A stretch of DNA of 64,000 nt from Amoebophrya sp. A120 (lineage: Eukaryota > Protista > Dinoflagellata): positions 180,122 through 244,121 of the forward strand of contig CAJINV010000025.1 in the NCBI GenBank assembly GCA_905178155.1, written 5' to 3'. The notes beneath the pieces were generated by a model that had not been told where the DNA came from, did not search any database, and saw only the letters and a program-made list of their open reading frames with translations. Each line of letters starts with the position of its first letter. Within the stretch, counting starts at the first letter, position 1. Shown here piece by piece: positions 1 to 13,446 of this stretch. Position numbers and translations under genes: made by a program.

Positions 1-2417
1 ACTGTGATGTAGTTTCTCTTTCTGTTCTCGAGCACCAGCTGCAGACCGCATGCTCTGAGGTCAGTAGACCCTGGTACATTTTACTTCCCGTAGTTGCATA
101 CTCCGATGCGGGCGATGCGCGAGCGCACGGGGATCGACGTCAGCAATACGGATGCGAAGTCCCTGCAGGACGCGGGGATTGTTTATTTCAAGGAGGACAC
201 TTTCGTGGATGTGAACCGTGGAATGAGCTACCGTATGAAACGGAACATGTTGCAAAAGCTTGTCATGTGGAGGTACTTATACCAGCATGGCATGACAGAA
301 GTAACAGCAGAGCAGCCTGCATTCATAAGCATTTGATTTCTACTCCAGGATCGCAGGATAGATCTTGTCATGTTTTCTATCCCTATGTATTTGTAACTCG
401 TACAAGATGATTTTTGTGACATCGTGTATACACTAGTCCGATGACGTCTACTGTGTGGCGCCAATCTCCCTGAAGAACGCGAACATCGGAGTCTACCAGT
501 ACTTATGAGAGAAGTGCACAACCCCCCTCGTCCCCCTCATTTGTATAGCATGAACAGCAATACAAACACGACCACAAGTGGAGCCTCTGCATGACAAGTT
601 TGTGTGCCTCATGTAGAAGTACTGTTTGGGCTCCTTCCGGAATCTGTCAGGCATAATAGTGATACAAGGATGCAACTGGATTTGGGATTTTGCATGAGAA
701 ATAAGAACGAGGGGGGGTTGTGCATTGTCATAGTACTTCGCGGTGGGCGTGAATTGTTGCCGCACCGGCGACCCCAGTTTCGAGGGATGCGGTAATAATT
801 ATGACTCTGTTGGGCATTTTGCATGACCAATGCTGTTGCGCTTGTGGAACGTGCATGACAAAGAACTACAACACAACTAACTACAACTCTGCAGTCGACG
901 CCCCGACGAAGATATCAAATGCAAAAGTGTCTGGGTCTGGAAGGTCACAACTTGTGATGCTGTCTGTGGATTCTAAACAAAATTTGTATTGCATGACCCG
1001 CAAGAGGGGTCGGGTTTGTCCTAGGTGGAGAGGGCATTTCTCATGCGGTAGAGGTATCACAAACCCCTCTAAAAATCTGTGATGCTACGGCATGCATCAC
1101 AGACATCATGGCTCATGGAAAATATGCATGACAAATCTAGAAATCTTCCAGACCCAGACATTTTTGCATTTGATAGAAGACAGCCGGCAACGCGAGGCCA
1201 GTGAAAGCGGGCATGCGGGTGGTCTTTATCCAGGAAAAAAACTTTTTTTAGTGTACTAACGGTCTTCCAGTAGCAGCTTGACAAATTTCAATTTGCTCTG
1301 CATGTCAGAGAAACTCTCTCATGCATGGCTAGTACGTGAAAACCAAAAGCAAAACGCGTGTGAGAATGAGACTTCATTGCTGTCTGGCATGACAAGTGTA
1401 AGTTGTAAATGCGTCTTCTGCATGACAGATTTACACTATCACAGTTTTTTTCATGGGATAGCGTTCCCCGAGCAACTGCCGTACTACCGGCTCGCAGTGG
1501 AGCAAGCCGAGGCAGAGTACAACTTTCAAGCGAGTTATGCAAGAAAAAAACACCATCACAATCACGTTTAGCTGATTTTGCCTCACAAATTTGTGTCGCA
1601 TGACAAACTTTTCTTGTATTGCAAAAACATGAAGGAAAGTCCCCCTCCCCTGTGTATATTAAACACAGGGGACTTTCCTTCATGTTTTTCTATAACTACA
1701 GTCAAGACTTATACTATAAGTCTTGACTGTGATGCATTTTTGCGCATGACGTATTGCAAAAATGTGCAAAAGTGATTGCGATGGTGTTTTTTTCTTGCAT
1801 ACGAGTTCCGAGCAGCTGCTGTTTTTTCACTTCGTCAAGGACCCCGTCGCGGAAGTGCTCAACTTCGAGCAGTATTAACTGCAAAAGCATCGTACTAACT
1901 AGTAGTGATTGCAATTATAGTACAAATTAGGTTAGCATGACATATCGAATTTGTCATGCTGATCGCGCTTGGGAAGGAGATTTGTCGTGCATAATTGCGA
2001 TTACACCGAGTGCGATATTACTTTTGCACTGCATAAGCAGCGCGGCCTGGTCGACCGGGTGCGGGCAAACACGATGTTCTCCCTAGCGAACTTTCTGCTC
2101 GCGCTATCCTGTGTAAAAAGGTTCCCACCCCAGAGTTGTCATGCAGATTTGCGATCACAGGAACATTTGTCATGCGCATCCCCAAGGGAGGCACGTCCAA
2201 TCGTGTTTTCGCATTTGTAATGCTGCAAACAGGATAAGCGGATGGATTTAAGATGCGCTTGTCCTTGCCAACATGCACTACACTACGGACTGCAACTTGT
2301 CATGCGTAGCTCCCAAAACTTCTGGACTTGTGTTGCTAAGTTCCCAACTTGACTATGGGGTGGGGACGTTTTTACATATGATGCGCGCCGTTCCTGACCT
2401 GGGCGATAACGTCGTAA
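1..2417 (+). CDS. Spliced gene, 5' end outside window or unresolved; hypothetical Cys-containing membrane protein
   Basis: Removing introners (about 235-435, 504-732, 913-1175, 1227-1460, 1536-1801, 1873-2035, 2105-2383) and a GT-AG intron 792-894 gives ...LQDAGIVYFKEDTFVD...SDDVYCVAPISLKNANIGVYQYFAVGVNCCRTGDPSFEGC...KAGMRVVFPEQLPYYRLAVEQAEAEYNFQAS...APFLTWAITS* (TAA 2415-2417). Confidence 0.75.
504..732. mobile_element. Introner family C (TIR core GTGCACAACYCCCC)
   Basis: Inverted ends, DR gtact on both sides. Confidence 0.88.
913..1175. mobile_element. Introner family A (TIR core TGTCTGGGTCTGGAA)
   Basis: tatcaaatgcaaaagtgtctgggtctggaag...cttccagacccagacatttttgcatttgata, DR gaaga; very similar to 37303-37565. 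Confidence 0.93.
1536..1801. mobile_element. Introner family E (TIR with A-run, tatgcaagaaaaaaacacc)
   Basis: Inverted ends, DR cgagt. Confidence 0.88.
1873..2035. mobile_element. Introner family B (TIR core TGCAAAAGYATCGTACT)
   Basis: Inverted ends, DR agcag. Confidence 0.88.
2105..2383. mobile_element. Introner family D (TIR core AAAAACGTCCCCACCCC)
   Basis: Inverted ends, DR cgcgc; reverse-orientation relative of 17599-17877. Confidence 0.88.
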
Positions 2418-3322
2418 GACTGAAGAACACTGCTGGTTTCGAACATGATTTCAATCGTACGAAACAAACCTCCCACTACCTCAACCATGATTTTCCGTTT
2501 CAAAAAATTTAATGAAAAGAAGGCCTAGCGGTGTAATACTAATAAGTAGATTAGTACTCGCTCCGCCCGGGGCTGCGTACTGTGGAGACGATGAAAGCGA
2601 TCCCAAAAACAAATGCGAAGCAAAAAGTCTCACTTTCAGCGACCTCCGTGTTCCGCCAACATCTAGCTGTGTAGTTTAGTCAATGACAATCTGAAAAGCT
2701 TGGTGGAATTCGAATTAGGAATCCACACGCACTTTTTGAGTGCAAGTTCCTGTTTTGTTTTTTTCGGAAGCAGCTGCAACGAAAACGAATCTCTTGGCCA
2801 CCATCTTAGTTGTAAGTACTTGTTGTGTCCAGTTTGGAATCATCTCGGCTCTCAGTTCACGAGCAATCTCTCCAACCAGTCCGAATTTGAAATCGATGAA
2901 GAACATAGTCCAGTAACTAGTCACATAGACATAAATAGAGATGAAAGGAAAACAAGCAACTACACGGGTGGTAAGTACTTGAAGATGTCAGCACACGAAT
3001 CAGTAGAAATAGTAGGAGTCGTGCTCGTGTGAACATGTGTGGAAAAGTTTAGTTGTCCCGGAAGATCTTTGGGCCTGCTTTTGTTGAAAAGATGATCTTC
3101 AACATCTCCTCGCGCTGCGCTTCTCTACTTTAAGCAAGCAGTCGCGTCACGCTTACTTGATCGAGAAGTCCGCCCTACAAGTGTCAACCCGTTCATCGCC
3201 TGTGCGAGTAAGCCTCCCTCCGCGAGGTCGCAAAACACACGCGGCGAAGAGAACTTACCTATCTACTATCTTCAGCAACATCTACATCTTGATCTTCCAG
3301 CAGGAGCAGTGGCAGCGCCAGC

Positions 3323-6300
3323 ATGGATCGATACAGCAACAACGGTAGTGCTACTAGTAGAGCTGGTCGGGCGTACGCGCCCCGAGACATTCATCTCCGA
3401 GAAGATTACCAGCAGAACATGATGAACACCAGTGATGCAACAACATCTTCAAATCCCGCGCGAACCGGTGGGGGACCACAACATCGTGATGATTTTGGTT
3501 CATCTGACCAAAACTACAACACGGCAAGACGTGGCAATGGTGGAGCTGGCCCTCCTGCAAGTTCGTCCAGCAGCCGCGGCGGCAGAAACACTAATGGGAA
3601 CAATATGAACCCACAGACACGGTCTAGTACTTCCTTTTTCAGTCGCGAACAACCCCGGGCCTTCGACCCGCCATTGCGGTTAGGTCCGGAATATGACCCA
3701 CCGGTCTTGCCCGGTCCGGATAATTACACTTCTTCATCGCATCGCCGAGCCTTATTGACTGGGCAGCACCGCGACCCCGATTTGTCGCACGGCTTTGCGG
3801 GGGTCGAGACCTTTTCCCACCGCCGAAGCCCCCGCCGCGATCTGGATCTCTACGAAGAGCTGGCGCACCGGCAGTTTCGGGGGGGCACCATGGACAACGC
3901 GGGGGGGAAGGGACGCCGGGGCGGGGGAGCGGCCGGGGGTAGTGGATGGAACGGCGGTCGTGGGGCATATGAGAGTGCACAACTCCCCCTCCCCCTCATT
4001 TGTGTTCTTGCATGAGCAGCAACACAAGCGCTGGCAAAGATGCAGCTTTTGCATGTCAAATTCCTAGAGGATTGTCGTGCTGCTTAGGATCTCGGAATCT
4101 GTCATGCAAGCAGTGCTAACAGGCAAAGTGTGGATTTGGAAATTTGCATCACAAATGAGGGCGAGGGGGGGTTGTGCACTTTCATACGGCAACTGGTACT
4201 TCTATTAGTAGGCCTACCGCGGAGGCGGTCGAAATAAAGCATCGTAGATCTCCTCGTCCTCCTGCTGTCCCGCCGTCTGCGCAGGATGAACAAATGAGTA
4301 GTGCCAAAAGTCGCGGTCTTCTCCCCGAAGAACATGTTCTTGACGAGGAGCCACTTCCCGCTGCCGTGACGGACGCAGCTCTGGTCTTAACGGAGTACCT
4401 GGCGAGCAGGGCCAGGTCGTCCCCACGCGAGGATATTGCCGGCCGCAAGAGTGAACGAAGTCTACGATCCTCGCCAAGAAATGATGGACAAGCAGACGAT
4501 AGTACTACCAGGGGCGTTCGTGAAGATTTTTACCACGGTCCTCGCCACAGGGATAATGAAGATGAACAAGTAGCTGATCGCAACAACTTCTACAGTCGGT
4601 CTCCGCACGACAATCCTGATGGCAGTCGACCTGCCTCGCAGCGCGAGGTTGTGCGTGACGCTTGTCTTGAGCTCATCGCCCGGAAAATTGCACTAGATTT
4701 GGAACTATGGATTGCAAAAGCATCGCACTCTAGTAGTAATTCTTGCAATACAAACTTCTAGCGCAGCATCTTCATGATGATTGAACAAGAGCGGTGGAAT
4801 CATCTGTGATGCCGATCTAGCTTGGAAAAAACATTTGTCATGCATCATATCATTGCGACTACTACGAGTGCGATACGGTACTTTTGCACTGCATAAGCCC
4901 GGGAGGACTTCGTTCCAGCCTCTTCCGCAAATAACAGAAGCCTGCGACCGTCCCCACGCGATCATGTTAGTGATCACGACGTTCTTGGACCACCACGGGC
5001 TTCGCGGTCAGGAAGAAATGAAGACGGGTACTATTATAAAAAGCGTACACGAGGAGGACGTGGCGGGGGTGGGCGACGTAGCAAGTCTCCTACTTCCACC
5101 GCACTGGTCGAGGATCAGAATATTAACAATTCTTCCCGTGGAGGTCCAAATGCAGGTCGCCCTTCCCCCCGTGCTGGGGCCGATAAGGAACTGCACCCGC
5201 TTCGTCCTGGAGCTGGAGCTGGGAGTAGTAGCTCATCCTCTTCTTCTTCGTCTTTCCAGCGTCAGCAGTTGCGACACGAGTTTTTACAACAGCCAAGATC
5301 TTCGCCCCGTGATGATGAACTAGAAAGGCGTCGCGCTGCCTATGACCTGCTCAGAGGCTGTTCCAATCTCAAAAAATTTGTATTGCAGAAAGCGGAGCGG
5401 TTTGTGTGTCTCGTCTCATGCAGATCATGCAAGAAGTAGAAGACAAAAACAAAATGCAGACTTTATTGCAACGTTTGAGATTGTTCTAACACCTGAGAAA
5501 CTTATACTGTCGAGCTTGATGACTTCTTGAACGCACACGATGAATACAGCCTCTATCCCACGAAAAAACTGTTTCACTGTGATGCTTTTGCAAGATCTGC
5601 ATCACAAGTTTGTTACACATGAGGACACAGAAAATCTGCCATGCGCGCTTCCCAAAGGAGAGTGCTTCTAAAAGTCCAATGTCTTGCGGGTGTAGCAAGA
5701 CAAATACTCCTGCGTTCCATTCTATGCATCACAAGTTCACAGTGAAACAGTTTTTTCTTGTGACAGCCTCCAACCGGTCTCCAATCCTCCGCCGTTCCCA
5801 GAAATAAACCGGAAAAACCGGCTATCCTGTGCAAAAGTATCGTACTCGTATTGCAATCATGCATTACAAATCTTTCTCTTGAGGTAAATCCGCATTACAA
5901 ATTTCCTCTCTCATGCTGAGGAAATTTGTAATGCATTTATACGAGTACGATACTTTTGCAGTTCATACCGGCTATCAAAATGAAGAATCCCTGCACCCCA
6001 TACTCAAACTGGAAATTTGTGATGCTGATTTGTGACCGCGAGTCGTGTTGTCATGCTAATAGATGTAGACGCTGTAGGTCTGGCTGGCGTGGGAAAGCCT
6101 TGCATGTTCAGCATGACAGGAGGCAGCTGGAAGTGGGAAACAGCATGACAAATTGCTTACAAACAACGCCGCAACTGCGTCTCTTGCTCTTGTAGCAATA
6201 CAAACGGCACGCGTTTCTTTGTGTACGGCGCAGATCCAGCATTACAAATTAGATAGCGAATGATGAAAAATTTGCGAGCCAATAAAAAAAATCCAGCATT

Positions 6301-9300
6301 ACAAATTTCCTGTCCGATAATCCGGGGAGGTGGGATTCATTTTTCCTTTCAATACCGGCCCCCACCGCCCCCACCACCGGGAACAGGGATGAAAGGCTAC
6401 AAAAGTCGCCCGAGCTACATCGGTTCTCTCGCTCTGGAAAACGATAAAGCTCCTGTGGGTAGCACAACCACGACGGCGAAAGGTGGATACAAAGGCAGCG
6501 CTACTTCATCTACTTCCCGGGCTGCACCAGCTGGTACCCACCTCAGCCCCTTGGCGGAAGACGTTTCTACCAGCGGACCTCCACGCGGTAAAGGCTACAA
6601 ATCCCGACCGTCCTACATCGGATCTGCGGCCCTTCTTGCTAGCGTCGAGGGTAGTGGTAGCAGCTGGAATATCAAATGTAAAAGTGTCTGGGTCTGGAAA
6701 CTTGTGATGCTGGGTGGCGTCTCATGATGACGCCACAAGTGCTGGCTCAGCATGACAAGTTTCTGAGCTTCTAGGTGTTGCCTATTCTGCATGACAAACT
6801 GCGCTTCTGCATCACCGAAAAATAGGGCTCTTGGGTAACATGCATGACAGACTAAGGGGTCATGCTGGCAGAGCATGACAGACCGTCCATTCTTCCAGAC
6901 CCAGGCATTTTTACATTTGATATGGAACACCCCAGCCAGAGGCTCGCCGCGGGATGATAACTTAGTGAATGACCCGCCCTCGTCGTCGTCGTACACGACT
7001 GGCCGCTATTCCCCGACGAACAATAATATTAAAGGGGCGAACAACAGAAGCACGAAAGGTTCATCTGCTCGCACGAGTGCCACGACCTACAACACCGCTG
7101 CCAGATCTCCGGGAGGAGCAGCCTATAAAGATTTCGATGCAGTAGATAAAAACTCTTCTTCTTCGAGAACTATGCAGTCCTCGTCCAAGGACAGCCACTA
7201 CTCGTCGGCGCCTTCGTCCTCCCCAGGCGGGCATCAAACAAGCCACGATAATTTGTACAGCCATTTCAATAGGGAAAAAACCAGCAAAATGACGAGTTCA
7301 TTGGAAGACGTACACCACGAAAGAAGCAGCTTCAACACCACGTCGACACCTTCAGCGCAAAACAGTCGGAGCAACACAAAGGAGAGTGGGCTCTTTCATG
7401 TGCCGGTATGGATTGCAAAAATGTCTGGGTCTGGAAGAGTGTAAGCTTGTCATGGAGGTTTTCGATGACCCATGAGGTCTGGAATGCGGGACCTAGCATG
7501 ACAGAGTCTGTGAGGTCTCTGCCATGCTATCCTGCATGAGAAACTGCCCTCCAACTTGGTCGAAAGTCGACAGCTTTTGGCATTCATGCAGCACAGATTT
7601 TTGCATTATTCGGATTTAGCATGACGAGTTGTAATCTTCCAGACCCAGACTCAGACATTTTTGCACTCCATAGCCGGCCGGGCGGAACGACTACGACAGC
7701 AAGAGGAGCGGCCGCGGCAACGACGAGCAGGAAAAATACAACCGCAACTCCGCCTACCAGCATGAGGATTCAAGAATTTATTTATCCGCATCCCCCGCCT
7801 CCAAGAACGTGTACCAAAAAACCAGCAGCAAGGAGAGCAATTCGTCGAGCAGTGCTTTTGGTAAAAAATCTCTCGTCCATCCGCACAGCGCCAGCGGAGG
7901 TTTAATTCCACGTGCAGCACGAGGGCCTAGTGAGATGAAGAACTCAAGGCATGATGTTCATCGCGCGACCACGTCGTCGAGTAGTAAAAACAAAAATAAC
8001 CGGGCAACTTCCAGGGACAGTGTATTGCAGGCACTGAACCTGCAGCCGGCCTCCAAAGGGTTCGATGCGGATAATATCGTGAGGAAAAATCCCCCCTTTC
8101 CATACCGCAAAGGGATACTTCTGAAAATTTGCGATGCTGATTTGTGGCCACAAATCGTCTCGGTATTGCAAGAAGGCCAAGCCAGAGACTCCGCCGCATT
8201 ATGCAGGCGGTTTCTGATGCTATGGGGCCTACAGAGTTGTACACATTTTCCATGCTACGCGCCTACGTCAAAACCCTTCTACTTAGGCCCAGGCATGGAC
8301 CTGCAGTCCTCTACTGCAATACAGACCTGATTCGTGTAAGTACCCGAATCCAGCATCAGCAACTTCCTTTTGATATGGGGAAGGGGGGTTTTTCCTTGTG
8401 ATAGGTAATTTCTGGAGTCCGACGCTGGACGGGATGACGTTACAAAATCATCCACGACCTCTATCCTGTGCAAAAGTATCGTATTCGTAGTAATCGCAAA
8501 CATGCATTACAAATCTTGCTCTTAAGGTAAACCTGCATTACAAATTTTATTTCTCATGCTGAGGAAATTTGTGATGCAATAGCAATTCATACTAGTACGA
8601 TGCTTTTGCAGTTCATAACCTCCACCTCTAGCTGATATCAACAGAGACATGAATAAAGCTCCAAAGACCTCCTCCTCCTCTGACTTTGTGGACGAGCAGC
8701 TGCAGATAGATCATGCACAGCCGACGGACACAAAAATGAAAATCGTCCACGGGGACCACCACGAGGAGCAGGCTCCGGGTCAACAAGAAGAGGGAGATGC
8801 CTACACCTCCGACGGGGACCACACGGGTTCCTCGTCAGAAGAAAGCGAAGAAATTTTCGACGCGAAAGAGGCACGATATCCTGTTTAAAAACGCCCTACC
8901 CCGCCGTCAAGATGGAAATTCTGCAACACAAATCCAGACGTTTTGGGAGTCACGCATGACAGGTTGCACTGTGTAGGGCAGTGCAGGTTAGTAGGGACAG
9001 CCGCATTACAAATCCATCTAATCATCCTACTCACAGCATCACAAATTCCAAAACACGACTGAAAATGCTTGTCATGAAGATGCGCATCAAAAATATTCCT
9101 GCCATTGCAAATCTGCATGACGACTCTGGACTGGGGACGTTTTTCCACAGGATACACGGAGGAAACACGAGGCCTGGTTTGACGAGTGCATGAAAAGGTT
9201 TGCGGTGAAAACCGTGCTCCCGCATATCAGCCAGACGAATGCTTCCTCGACTGGGGCCACTCCATATCCACCGAGTGCACAATTCCCCCTCCCCCTCATT

Positions 9301-9814
9301 TGTAAATGCAAAATAACAAATCGAATCCACACCATACGTTGAAGCACTGTCTGCATGACAAATTTTCGAACCTGAAACAGTACTACAACTGATGTGCAGA
9401 GTTGACATGCGGAAGGCCCATTGCTGTATCTGTCGAACGTTGCTTATGTTGCCGCCTATGCATAATACAAATGAGGGGAACTACGAGGGGGAGCTATGTG
9501 CATTGTCATACCCCAGTCGCGTCGTCCTCGAGTGGTGCAGCGTCTTCGGGAAATACGAAATGGAACAAACCGAAGCTGCCGAAGAAGGAAGACTATGCAA
9601 TGCAAAAGCATCTTACTAAGTAGTATAATTAAATTGCATCACAAATTAGCCCAGCACTACAAACTTATATTTGTATTGCGGATTTACCTTGAAAAAGGTA
9701 AAGGGATTTGTATTGCATGAATGCAATTACTACGAGTACGATACTTTTGCACAGGATAAAGACGTCCTCTCGACGATACAGGAATCGCTTACGCATCTGT
9801 CAAGGAACCGGTGA
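3323..9814 (+). CDS. Large spliced gene, low-complexity Ser/Gly/Arg-rich hypothetical protein
   Basis: MDRYSNNG... frame preserved across about 13 introners (junctions near 4706-4895 and 5359-5488 are less clear); ends ...KWNKPKLPKKEDVLSTIQESLTHLSRNR* (TGA 9812-9814); contains duplicated KGYKSRPSYIGS motif. Confidence 0.7.
3968..4186. mobile_element. Introner family C
   Basis: Inverted ends, DR gggca/cggca. Confidence 0.87.
4706..4895. mobile_element. Introner family B (degenerate)
   Basis: tatggattgcaaaagcatcg...cttttgcactgcata; DR not preserved. Confidence 0.7.
5554..5765. mobile_element. Introner family E
   Basis: Inverted ends, DR gcctc. Confidence 0.85.
5823..5967. mobile_element. Introner family B
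   Basis: Inverted ends, DR ccggc; abuts next element. Confidence 0.9.
5973..6354. mobile_element. Introner family G (TIR core GAAAAATCCCCCCTCCCC, degenerate)
   Basis: Inverted ends, same DR ccggc as preceding element. Confidence 0.82.
6670..6922. mobile_element. Introner family A
   Basis: Inverted ends, DR tggaa. Confidence 0.92.
7407..7672. mobile_element. Introner family A
   Basis: Inverted ends, DR gccgg. Confidence 0.9.
8075..8403. mobile_element. Introner family G
   Basis: Inverted ends, DR gataa/ggtaa. Confidence 0.87.
8462..8617. mobile_element. Introner family B
   Basis: Inverted ends, DR acctc. Confidence 0.9.
8877..9154. mobile_element. Introner family D
   Basis: Inverted ends, DR cacga/cacgg. 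Confidence 0.87.
9265..9510. mobile_element. Introner family C
   Basis: Inverted ends, DR ctcca/cccca. Confidence 0.83.
9594..9758. mobile_element. Introner family B (opposite orientation to 5823 and 8462 copies)
   Basis: Inverted ends, DR aagac. Confidence 0.88.
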
Positions 9815-10593
9815 AACAAGCAGTGGTTGTATGTTGCAGATCTTTTTCAAGTGGAATTCGAGAGAATTTCAATTTTTCCGAAATGATACACACGCTGGTA
9901 TTTTTCGACTATCACAATTCGAACACTTCTGCATGCATTCTCGTCCTGCGCCGAAAAGAACGACCACACTCCTAGTTGAGAAAAGAGGGGCGACGGTTTG
10001 AAACACTTGCTACTGCACGCACCCAAAATACAACGAAAAATATTTGACTTTATTTTTGTGAAGAACTACTAGGTTTCGGTTTGTGCGAAGCAGAATTTTG
10101 TACTTACTTATTTGTTCGTACGTACACGACGGTCGTGCCAGGAGGTGTAAAAGTCTTGAGCTTCATACGTTCGTCGTTGGGCGATGCAATCGTTTTCGTT
10201 CGAGCTCGTTCTACTCCTTGTCGTCACCGTACAGAATGCGTAGTACCAGTATTGAGCAACGTTCTGCGGATTCATGGTCCCAATTGTCGTCTAAGACCAA
10301 AGGCTTTCCTGCTTGTACTTGATTCCTTACTTGATGTTTTTTGTCAAAAACCGCAGGAAAATTTATATCAAGTACAGCTACTTGTGCTGGTGCACACGGT
10401 TACTGTTTTTTTTTGCGTTTGGCTTTGGAGGAACTCACTACAAAAATAGCTTCTGAGGTTGACCCTCACTCTTCCGAATTTACTCACATTAACTCCCTCA
10501 GCCACTACCTGTGGTTCGAAAAGAACTTCTCAGCCTCGAATTTTTAAAATCACCCCGACTCGTCGGAAGTAGAAGATCAGAGTCCAAATCATG

Positions 10594-10844
10594 TATGGAT
10601 TGCAAAAATGTCTGGGTCTGGAAACTTGTAATGCTAAAAGTGAATGGTAGACGCACTGCAATACGCACCTTTGCATGACAAATTTTTTGGCTGCCATGTC
10701 TTACGTATTCCGCATGGCAAACTGCGTTTTTGCATGACAGGCAAGAGGGCCTTTTCGCGCCTATGCAACACAGATTCTCGAGCCATGCCAGACAAGCATG
10801 ACAAACTTGCATTCTTTCAGACCCAGACATTTTCACAATCCATA
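10594..10844. mobile_element. Introner family A, host gene unclear
   Basis: Inverted ends, DR tcatg. Confidence 0.88.
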
Positions 10845-11226
10845 TCATGCCGAAAAAGACTACCACCTTGTTCGCCGGCGCACAGGTTGCGGTCGCGGCG
10901 AAGCAGGGTGGTGAAAATGTCGAGGACCAGAAGATGGCGGAGAAGTCGATCGCGAAGGGGGGGGGGTGCGGTTGGCATCGTCCATTCCCCGCGCACTTCC
11001 AAGATGATGGAGGACCGGGCAGGTACAGAATATCTTTGGATTTTTATAGAGGATGCTGCTGCTACTTGCGCATATTTTTTACGCGGGAGGAAGCGCAAGG
11101 TCATTTGAAGATAGGCGGATCAGAGTCGTTTGTCGCTTTATTTTCTTGGCATGCAGTCGTATTCAAATAGAAATGGTACTTATTTCGATTCTTATCGCTC
11201 GCAAGACAATAGATATAGAAGAAGCG

Positions 11227-11506
11227 CACTCGTGCACTTGCGCCCGCCGTAGGCGACGTTTCGCACATTGACTTTCACTTCTATTTTCTTGGCACGCAGT
11301 TGTATTCCAGTACAAATAGTATAATATACTACTTTCAACGCGTACATCCAGTCAAAAAAATAGTACACCGATAGTCTGAACGCGTACATCCAGTACAAAT
11401 AGTAAAATCGAATAATTCGATTCTTATCGTAATCGCCCGATTTACTGTTACACTCGTGCACTTGCGCCCACCACCGTAGGCGACGTTTCGCACATTGACT
11501 TTCACT
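11227..11506. repeat. Direct duplication of about 55 bp
   Basis: cactcgtgcacttgcgccc...cacattgactttcact at 11227-11279 and 11451-11506. Confidence 0.8.
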
Positions 11507-11589
11507 CATCAAAAACCCAAGGTAAAAGTAAAATTCCGCGGGGCTCGAGGACGCTGACGCAGTCCTTCAATGGCCTACGGGAACCGGTA

Positions 11590-12078
11590 TTGAGTACTTC
11601 GAGTGGGTTCCTCTCACTCAGTATTGACCAACATCGCTTGGCGGAACAAGCGACGTCGGCGAAATGTAAGCCCTACGACGGCGGGTGGGGAATGGATGAT
11701 GAAGCGGAGTGTCCTTGCAAACAAGACGAGGTCGCGTACTACTACAAAGACAAATGGTTTGACAAAGCCTTGAATCATGTTCCCCTCATCCATGCTGGCA
11801 GGACAATGTACAAGTGCTTCAGCAGCTGCTCCGACCTCGGCGCCGCGATGAAAGATTACGAAGCCCCCCAGTGGCTCAAGCACGACAGTCGCGATCAGGA
11901 TTGGAAACCAGTATGTGGCCAGTCACTGGATTTCTTGAACGAGGCGTTGACAGATCAGGCGCAGTCACACGGCATCACTGGAAACTCCGGGACGCAATGC
12001 AAGTGGCAGCAAAGCGCGAGCAATTCGGGTGATTACGAATGCGTGGAGACTAATCCCTTGACCTATGTTGTAAAATAG
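11590..12078 (+). CDS. Uninterrupted Cys-rich coding segment, hypothetical; start uncertain
   Basis: Protein-like ORF with 8 Cys (KCKPYDGGWG...CPCK...KCFSSCSD...PVCG...QCKW...YECV); frame open upstream to about 11416. Confidence 0.55.
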   Translation: MSTSSGFLSLSIDQHRLAEQATSAKCKPYDGGWGMDDEAECPCKQDEVAYYYKDKWFDKALNHVPLIHAGRTMYKCFSSCSDLGAAMKDYEAPQWLKHDSRDQDWKPVCGQSLDFLNEALTDQAQSHGITGNSGTQCKWQQSASNSGDYECVETNPLTYVVK

Positions 12079-13446
12079 TTTAAGGGGCGAGTAAATTGCG
12101 GACGGATGGTGTGTATGAATATAAACCAAGGGGACTAGTACGTCCCTCGAAAGTCAACCGGGGCAGTTTCGGAAGACTGAGACAATAGGTGTCATTTTTT
12201 AGCTACTTGCAATACACAATTTACCACAACATCAACCAAATCCGTTTCTCGTCGTCTCGATTTGCCTCATCTGATGCAAAGGTCTGACTCCTTCTCTTTT
12301 CCGTGACTTCCGACCGTGGTTGATTCTCAACAAAAATGTAAAATGGAAATATGTACGATGTACGCATATTGCTTCCCGAAACCGGCCCCCATACTGGCGA
12401 TTTGACTTTTTCCAGTAAAGCTTTCCCCTATCAAGTTTCAAAACCTTTCTTCTTTTTTTCAGCCCTAAACCCAATCAAGTTTTTTGAGCTTTACCCTTGT
12501 TATAGTTTCAGACCTGCCCCAACAAACAGATCAACACCTTTCAAGCCCTCTTTTTCGCAGCCTTTTCGATTTTTACTTTTCGCTCTGTCTCACAGAGGTC
12601 TACCTCCAAACTCTTACAGGAACATTTCATTCTAGCTGCCTCCCAACCTTTCCCTACTTTGGTCTAAATCCGGCCTCGATTCAAATCAATTTCACGCACA
12701 GGTGTTTGAGATTGAGCTGACAACTGCCCAGACTGGACAGAGACGACACAAAGTCGCGCGCGGCCTGCCTCCGCGGTTTCGGAAATGAATCCTTTTTAAG
12801 CGCCGCTCTCGGAAGATCATCCCGATCTGGATCTGCGGCTAGGCCTAGGTTAGTAGATGATTGACACGATGAAAATATATGCGAAGGGTTTTTGTTCATC
12901 CACATTTTCTGCTCCTGGTTCTTGATGTAGTTGTAAATGGAAATTGCAAGAGTTATACTTCTATGACATGCAAAAGCTCATCGGTATCCGTCTATGACAT
13001 GCAAAAGCATCGCGCTAGGATAAATTGCATTACAAATTGACTCGGCATTTTTACAAATTGAATTTGTGATGCGGATTTCACCTAAGAAAAAGATTTGTAA
13101 TGCATAAAAGCAATCTTAATGTGGCCGCACCTCGGTCATCCTCCCTCGTCCATCGGTAGAAGTGGCAAGAAGTAGTACTACTCCGAATCGTCATCGGTAT
13201 GATTCTCACCTGCTGTCCCCCGTCCTCGTGTGGGACTACTACAAACAGCACCACTAGTTAATTATATCGGTAATATGCCAACACAACAAGTGTAATCGTC
13301 GGTCGTACTAGCTCTAGCGCCGTCGCCGTCGGTCGTACCAGTATGGTGTCATCGTTGGGAAGAATGCAAGGCCGTCGGTCTACTTTTGAACGGTCAAGTA
13401 GGACGAGCTCGCGTGGGCCAGCACAGTTGTTCCATATTCAAATCGT

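Noticed and set aside
10847-11170. Small ORF starting in the tcatg direct repeat
   Set aside because: No recognisable protein signal and several frames are equally open; not called.
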